Shown here one piece after another: positions 58,356-64,000 of a stretch of DNA of 64,000 bases; the first letter of the stretch is position 1; the number at the start of each line of letters is the position of its first letter. The notes under the pieces are model-generated. The model searched no databases, had not been told where the DNA came from, and saw nothing but the letters and a program-made list of their open reading frames with translations. The DNA is from an uncultured Acidobacteriota bacterium (GTDB lineage: Bacteria > Acidobacteriota > Vicinamibacteria > Vicinamibacterales > UBA8438). The stretch lies in contig CAJWLU010000001.1 in assembly GCA_913043225.1 (NCBI GenBank), positions 1 to 64,000 on the forward strand. The letters are read 5' to 3'. The position numbers and the translations under genes are program-made.

Positions 58356-59657
58356 TCACCGTCGGACGAGTGCCAGGACCCACCAGGCGGTGGCGGCAAA
58401 GATCACGACGAGGAATCCTCCCACGACGAGCCAGACATAGGCTGGCACCAGAGACACACCGGCGGCAGGGGCAACTGAGGCCCCGATGTTGACGACGCTC
58501 CCATATGTCGTAAGCGCCAGCACCGCGAAGGTTCCAGCCATCGACAAGACGGTTGGGCCCGCGCCAGGCAAGGGCGTTCGCCGCGCCCCGATCCGGAGGG
58601 ACCAGATCCGGACGCCAACCAGTATTGACAGCGATATAAGCAAACCAGCGACGAACCACAGTAACTTCACGCCGAGACCGGCAAAGTTGCCGAAGTGCAG
58701 CGGGTCCATCGTGTGGCCCAACCGGACCCCCAGCGACAGGTCGCCAGCGTGGCTGGCGCTCACGACCTCTCGCCGTATCGGATCGACGACCACGCGATTG
58801 GCCGCGTCTCGCACCAGCCAGACGTCGGTCTGCCCCACCAGGGTCAGCAGCGGCCACTCACCCCACCGGACAAAGATGGTCCGCACATCGAGCTGGGGCA
58901 CCTGCTGGCGGGCCAGCTCCACCGCACCATCGAGGTCGATCGGCGGCGTAATGTGAGCAGCGTGAACGTTAGGAGATGAAGCCACGACGCTCTCACCAAC
59001 CAGGCCGCTATCGATGGCGATCCGTTCGTAGAGATACCAGACGCCGGTCACCGCGAATAGCAGCGAGAACAGGGCCGTCCAGAGCCCGGTCGCACGGTGC
59101 AGCGTGGACCAGAAGGTGCGTGGATTCCGGCTTCGCTGGCGCAAGAGCGCATCCTTCCAGCGCATCCGGTAGAAGAGCAGCGCGCTGACTACCGAACCGA
59201 TAAGGACCAGCCCGAGCGAACCGACCAGATACACCCCGTGTGGCAACGCGCCAGGATAGATGTAGAACTGTTTGTGGAACGACCGGAAGAAGCGGGTCAC
59301 AGTGAACTCGCTAATCGTGCCCCGTACCGCCGCCGTGTCCGGATGCACCAGGACGAGTCGACCGCCGCCCGTATCAGACGCAATGGTCGCGGTCGCCGCC
59401 CAGCCCACCGCCTGAGGAGCAGACACCGCCGTCACCAGGGCCTCCGGGTGTGCTGCCTGGATGGCCCGATACCACCGGTTCCACTCAGGGGGCGCGCCCG
59501 TGGCCCCGGAAACGCGGAGGCCGGGGTTGAATAGCCAGTCGATCTCGGCACTCAGCGTCGCGATGGTACCCGACAGGCAGACGATGAACAGCAGCAACCC
59601 AAGGTTGAGCCCCAGCCAGCTGTGCAGCCGGAAGTGGGAGTGTCTGGAAGCCTGCAT
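58356..59657 (-). CDS. PepSY-associated TM helix protein
   Basis: LHSWLGL..SGT, FH, LHRATG..TG, PLHFGNFAG. Confidence 0.92.
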   Translation of the reverse strand: MQASRHSHFRLHSWLGLNLGLLLFIVCLSGTIATLSAEIDWLFNPGLRVSGATGAPPEWNRWYRAIQAAHPEALVTAVSAPQAVGWAATATIASDTGGGRLVLVHPDTAAVRGTISEFTVTRFFRSFHKQFYIYPGALPHGVYLVGSLGLVLIGSVVSALLFYRMRWKDALLRQRSRNPRTFWSTLHRATGLWTALFSLLFAVTGVWYLYERIAIDSGLVGESVVASSPNVHAAHITPPIDLDGAVELARQQVPQLDVRTIFVRWGEWPLLTLVGQTDVWLVRDAANRVVVDPIRREVVSASHAGDLSLGVRLGHTMDPLHFGNFAGLGVKLLWFVAGLLISLSILVGVRIWSLRIGARRTPLPGAGPTVLSMAGTFAVLALTTYGSVVNIGASVAPAAGVSLVPAYVWLVVGGFLVVIFAATAWWVLALVRR

Positions 59658-59697
59658 GTGTGATCAGCATAGAATGCAGTAGCCGAAAGGTCACCAG

Positions 59698-60627
59698 ATG
59701 ACGAGACCCGTTTGCGGACTGCTTGTCGCGGCACTGCTCTTGCCACTGATCGTACTAGCTCAGCCGACGTCAGCCACCACCCAGTTCCAGACGCCCTGGG
59801 GCGACCCGGACCTCCGGGGGATCTGGGACTACCGCACCATGACGCCGCTCCAGCGCCCGAGTAAGCTGGCGGACAAAGCGGTGTTCACCGAGGAAGAGGC
59901 GGCCGCCTACCAGGAAGCCGAGCTGGAAGGCCGAGCCGACTACGACGCGCTCCCAACAGTACACGCCAAGTTCTGGCTTGACTACGGCACCGAGCTGACA
60001 CCGGATCGGCGGACGTCACTTATCATCGACCCACCCGACGGACGGATTCCGGCCCGCACCGCGAACGCCCAGGCCCGGGCGCGAGTGCGCGCCGAACGAC
60101 GGGAACGGACCCACAGCATCCAGGACCGCAGCATCACCGAGCGCTGCATTCTTGGGTTTAATGCCGGTCCGCCCATGAACCCCGGCGCCTACAACAACAA
60201 CCTCTTGTTCCTCCAGATCCCGGGGATGGTCGTGCTACACAACGAGATGGTCCATGAGGTTCGGGTTGTGCCGCTCGGTGGCCGGGACCACCTCCCGGAC
60301 AGCCTTCGGCAGATCCGAGGCGACTCTCGCGGTTACTGGGACGGACCGACTCTCGTGATCGAAACGACTAACTTCACCGACCAGACTAGCTTCCTGGGGT
60401 CGGGCGCCGAACTGCACTTAGTGGAACGGTTCACGCGTGTGGATGAAGGAACCCTGCACTACGAGTACACGGTCACCGATCCGGCCTCGTTCGAGCGCCC
60501 CTGGTCGGCCGCCATGCCGATGACGCGCACCGAAGGACCGCTGTTCGAGTTCGCCTGTCACGAGGGGAACTACGGATTGACGAACATCCTGTCGGCCGCA
60601 CGCGCCGAGGAACGCCGCACGCAGTAG
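59698..60627 (+). CDS. Hypothetical secreted protein (TPWGDPDL.G.W family)
   Basis: TPWGDPDLRGIW, RTSLIIDPPDGRIP, ERC, GDSRGYWDG.TLV.ETTNF, EFACHEGN. Confidence 0.85.
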   Translation: MTRPVCGLLVAALLLPLIVLAQPTSATTQFQTPWGDPDLRGIWDYRTMTPLQRPSKLADKAVFTEEEAAAYQEAELEGRADYDALPTVHAKFWLDYGTELTPDRRTSLIIDPPDGRIPARTANAQARARVRAERRERTHSIQDRSITERCILGFNAGPPMNPGAYNNNLLFLQIPGMVVLHNEMVHEVRVVPLGGRDHLPDSLRQIRGDSRGYWDGPTLVIETTNFTDQTSFLGSGAELHLVERFTRVDEGTLHYEYTVTDPASFERPWSAAMPMTRTEGPLFEFACHEGNYGLTNILSAARAEERRTQ

Positions 60628-60685
60628 CGGCCGGTCACGGCCCGCGGAAGAGCCGTGCGGCCACGTCAAGCGACTCGCGACATCC

Positions 60686-60740
60686 CTTCAGCAACCGTTC
60701 ACCCCGACCACATTCGCCGACAAGGTCCGGGAAATGGAGG
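60686..60740 (+). pseudogene. Possible remnant of a receiver-domain C-terminus (hybrid sensor kinase type)
   Basis: LQQPFTPTTFADKVREM resembles FLQKPFTP..LA.KVRE.L. Confidence 0.4.
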
Positions 60741-60826
60741 CTCACGCACCACGAGACACCGCGGGCTGCCGGACTAGCCGCTGACGGGGTGGCCGTTTCG
60801 GTATACAAACTGATGGAGGCTACACC

Positions 60827-63259
60827 GTGTCATCCTCCCTCCCTCGCATCGCCGCAGCACTTTCGCTCGTCTTGATGGCTGTCGGATCAGCCCTGGGACA
60901 GACGCGGGCCGCCGGTCTGGTACTGGACGGCTTGAACGACCAGCCGCTCGCTGACGCCACAATCGAAGGCGGAGACACCACCACGACGACCGGGCCCGAC
61001 GGCCGCTTCGCGCTCGACCTGCGGACGGACACCGCCGAGATACGCGTCAGTGCGGCGGGCTACCTCGATACGGTGGTACAGGTGAGCGATGCCCTGCTCG
61101 AGGTCCGGCTCTTCCCGAGCAACTTCGCGGAAACGGTCGAGGTCGTCTCGGACACCACCCGTGAGGAACAGCGGCCATCATCGACGCCCGTCACTCCGGA
61201 GGAGGTGTTCCGGGCACCCGGCAGCATCGACAACGTGTTCCGGACGCTGCAGACGCTGCCCGGCGTCGTCGCTACCGACGACTTCGGGAGCCGGTTGGCG
61301 GTGCGAGGAGGCACCCCGGATCAGAATCTCACGATGATGGACGGGATCGAGGTGCACAATCCGTTCCGCCTCTTCGGCATCGCCAGCGCGTTCAACCCGG
61401 ATACGGTGGAGAACTTCCAGCTCACGGCCGGAGGGTTCGGCGCCGCCTATGGCGATCGACTCTCGTCGCTGTTGATCGTGGACAACCGCCACGGTCGCCC
61501 CGACTTCCAGGGCACGACGGCGACTAGCGTGACCGACGCCAACGTGGTGGTCGAAGGGACGTCCCCGGTGGGTGCCAACGGCACCTGGTTGCTGAGCGCG
61601 AGGCGCACCTATTACGACTTACTGGCCGGCCCGCTGGCCGACCAGGACTTCCCATCGTTCGCCGATGTGCAGTTCCAGACCAGCTGGGAAATGGGGCCCG
61701 GACACCGGCTCACCATCACCGGGCTCAGCAGCATCGAGGACGCCAGCCTCGACTTCGGCGACGAAGGAGACGGCGAACGAGCCACGTTAGGTTCCGACGT
61801 CACCAACAACTTGGTCTCGGCGCGATTCGACGCGGTGTTGGGCGGGCGCAGTCGAACGTCGACCATCGTCTCCTGGTATGACAACGAGGAGCAGTTCGAC
61901 TTCGATGGCCAGATCAGATCTGACGCGCAGCGCTCAAACGCACCCGACGGGGTAGAGGCCGCCTTGCTCTCGAACGTCATCTTCGACCGGACATTCGGCG
62001 TGCGTGACGTCTCCCTCCGGCAAGAGGTCGACGTCCAGCTGTCGTCCCGGCACCTGATTAGCACTGGTCTCGAGCTGCACAGGCTCGAGACCGGCGTCAT
62101 CTTCAACATCTCGGGCGACCGGAACCCAAATGAAGCGAACGGCTCGAGCGTCAGAGGAGGCGCCGGACTGCCCAAGGCGCTCGACTCGACGCTCACCGGC
62201 ACCCGAGGCGGTCTCTGGCTACAGGACACGTTCACCACGTCGGAGCGCTGGTCGTTCGAACCTGGTCTGAGGCTCGACTGGAGCACCATCAACGGCCACA
62301 CCACGCTGTCGCCACGCCTCGCCAGCAGCGTCGCGCTGGGGCGGGGCGCCCGGCTGCGCGCGGCGTTCGGCCTCTACACGCAGAGCCCCGGCTACGAGAA
62401 GCTCACCCAGTCGGACTACTTCATCGATCTGACCGGAGTCCGCGAACGGGGCCTGGTGCACGAGAAGGCCACCCATGTCGTGGTCGGCATCGAGCAGCAA
62501 CTGGGCGAGAACCTCCTCGCGCGAGTGGAGGGCTACTACAAACGATTCAACGACCTCTTGCTGGGCCGGCTCGAAACCGAGTCCGAACGCGCCGCCCGGC
62601 TGGCGGCCTATGACTTTCCGGCCGCGCTCGCCACGTCCGTGCCGACCGACCCGCTGATCTTGAGCACACCGAACAACGACGCCGGCGGAGATGCGTACGG
62701 TGTCGACGTCTTTCTCCAGCACAGCGACCCGGGTGAGCGGCTGACCGGTTGGATGACCTACGCCTGGGGTCGCGCCACCCGCGAAAGCTACGGACGACGG
62801 TATGCGTTCGAGTACGACCGCCGGCATGCGTTCAACGCAGTCGGCCGGCTCCGTCTCACGAGTCGATGGGATCTGGCCGCAACCGTCCGGCTGGCGAGCG
62901 GCTTCCCCTACACGCCGGCGCTGGGACTCCGAGTGGCGTCCGACCAGGACGAACGTGGCCGTCTCCTCCCGGCGCGCGACTCGGCCGACAATCTGGTCTA
63001 CACGGTCGACTATGGCGGGGTGGACAACCTTAATCGCGGACGACTTCCCCACTACGCCCGCATCGACCTGCGCGCAACCTACCAACGCGGACGCTGGTCC
63101 GCCTACCTCGAGATCATCAACCTGCTTGGGAGAGACAACCCGATCCGGTTCGAGCCGCGCCTGGACCACAACCCCGCTGGAGCGCTGCCGCTCCTGTCCG
63201 AGGTGCCGGCCGAGGGCTTCCCGCGGATACCCACGTTTGGCGTCAGAGTCTCCTTCTAG
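60827..63259 (+). CDS. TonB-dependent receptor
   Basis: LQTLPGV, VRGG.PDQN..MDG..V.NP, GGF.A.YGDRLSS, SGFPYTP, RLP.YARID; terminal Phe. Confidence 0.93.
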   Translation: MSSSLPRIAAALSLVLMAVGSALGQTRAAGLVLDGLNDQPLADATIEGGDTTTTTGPDGRFALDLRTDTAEIRVSAAGYLDTVVQVSDALLEVRLFPSNFAETVEVVSDTTREEQRPSSTPVTPEEVFRAPGSIDNVFRTLQTLPGVVATDDFGSRLAVRGGTPDQNLTMMDGIEVHNPFRLFGIASAFNPDTVENFQLTAGGFGAAYGDRLSSLLIVDNRHGRPDFQGTTATSVTDANVVVEGTSPVGANGTWLLSARRTYYDLLAGPLADQDFPSFADVQFQTSWEMGPGHRLTITGLSSIEDASLDFGDEGDGERATLGSDVTNNLVSARFDAVLGGRSRTSTIVSWYDNEEQFDFDGQIRSDAQRSNAPDGVEAALLSNVIFDRTFGVRDVSLRQEVDVQLSSRHLISTGLELHRLETGVIFNISGDRNPNEANGSSVRGGAGLPKALDSTLTGTRGGLWLQDTFTTSERWSFEPGLRLDWSTINGHTTLSPRLASSVALGRGARLRAAFGLYTQSPGYEKLTQSDYFIDLTGVRERGLVHEKATHVVVGIEQQLGENLLARVEGYYKRFNDLLLGRLETESERAARLAAYDFPAALATSVPTDPLILSTPNNDAGGDAYGVDVFLQHSDPGERLTGWMTYAWGRATRESYGRRYAFEYDRRHAFNAVGRLRLTSRWDLAATVRLASGFPYTPALGLRVASDQDERGRLLPARDSADNLVYTVDYGGVDNLNRGRLPHYARIDLRATYQRGRWSAYLEIINLLGRDNPIRFEPRLDHNPAGALPLLSEVPAEGFPRIPTFGVRVSF

Positions 63260-63340
63260 GCCCCTGTGCTCGCCTAGGATCACGTTTGGGGCGGGTGTGC
63301 CCCGCGGCTCCGTTCACGAAGTCACCGCGGGGCATTCGAG

Positions 63341-63982
63341 CTAGTTCACCGCGAAGCAGTAGAAGAGGCCCGCACCGCCGGTCCCCTCTAGATTTTCCTG
63401 GCCGCATCCCCGGCTCGGGTGAGACGAGTTCCAGGAACTGTTGTTCCCGCCTTGGGTATCGGAATGGCCCACCTGGGCCGAGCCGTCGCCGTCGCTCGTC
63501 CAGTTGCGGCATGTGCGATCCTCGTCGGCGGCAAAGGCGCGACCGTCCGGCATCGTACCGGTCAGGATGTCGTGCTGATTGGGCGAATCGCCAACGCCGT
63601 TGACCGGATTCCCCTCCTCGGTCAGCGCAATCATCTTGCCGATAGCGTTACCAATTCGCGCCTGATCGAGGGTGTCGCCGTGCAGCCAGCCAAGATCCTG
63701 CGCGATCCGGCGTCGTCCCCCATGCGCATACCAGGGCCCGCTACCGATCCGGTCGCGGGCGTTGACGGCGTTCGGGCCTTGCGTGCTCAGATAGGCGCGC
63801 CAGGTCACGTCGCCGCGCCCGACCGCGGCCGCCAGTGACTGGCAGTGCGCGTCGGCGCCTTCCAGACCACCCAGATTGGCGCCATCACCCAGCCCCTCAC
63901 TCGTGACGAAGAACGTCATCGGCTGCGGGTCCTGCTGCGCCCCGACCGGCACGGCCAGCGCGAGCCCCGCCATCATCACCAT
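63341..63982 (-). CDS. Secreted lectin-like/endostatin-like (C-type-lectin fold) protein; start may lie beyond the window
   Basis: FFVTS, NLGGLEGADAHCQSLA, WRAYLS, ARDRIG.GPW, HDILTG, CRNWTS, LFYCFA. Confidence 0.85.
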   Translation of the reverse strand: MVMMAGLALAVPVGAQQDPQPMTFFVTSEGLGDGANLGGLEGADAHCQSLAAAVGRGDVTWRAYLSTQGPNAVNARDRIGSGPWYAHGGRRRIAQDLGWLHGDTLDQARIGNAIGKMIALTEEGNPVNGVGDSPNQHDILTGTMPDGRAFAADEDRTCRNWTSDGDGSAQVGHSDTQGGNNSSWNSSHPSRGCGQENLEGTGGAGLFYCFAVN

Positions 63983-64000
63983 CGCTCCACAGTATCTCGA

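Noticed and set aside
63298..63334. TGCCCCGCGG/CCGCGGGGCA inverted repeat
   Set aside because: An ordinary hairpin between convergent genes, probably a terminator; not repeated elsewhere.
1..64000. CRISPR array, IS elements, prophage or defence systems
   Set aside because: No regularly spaced repeats, and no transposase, cas or phage motifs were seen.

Overview
GC-rich bacterial chromosome segment with no CRISPR array, prophage or intact mobile element. The gene repertoire (many secreted PQQ/beta-propeller proteins, DUF1501/DUF1800/DUF3500, TPWGDPDL-type secreted proteins) resembles Acidobacteriota of the Vicinamibacterales type, but that assignment is inference only. It contains a partial tRNA-Pro(TGG) and an ilvD-ilvB-ilvN-ilvC operon preceded by a clear leader-peptide attenuator. 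Other recognisable genes are ilvE, pyrC, msrB, pepN, coaX, rbsK, an IorAB-type molybdoenzyme, a 3-sulfinopropanoyl-CoA desulfinase-like acyl-CoA dehydrogenase, an orphan RND pump, two TonB-dependent receptors and several hydrolases. Four things stand out. (1) There are two paralogous copies, in swapped gene order, of a two-gene module: a secreted cytochrome c (CxxCH) fused to a PHM/DBH-type copper monooxygenase, plus an uncharacterised secreted partner; a PAL-like NHL protein lies between the copies. (2) A Francisella/Legionella-type panG-panB-panC-coaX operon has collapsed by internal deletions, leaving only coaX intact. (3) A decayed OprC-like copper receptor sits behind a frameshifted Cys/Pro-rich leader ORF. 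(4) Several further unannotated gene relics lie in intergenic spacers. All family assignments come from motif recognition by eye, not database searches.
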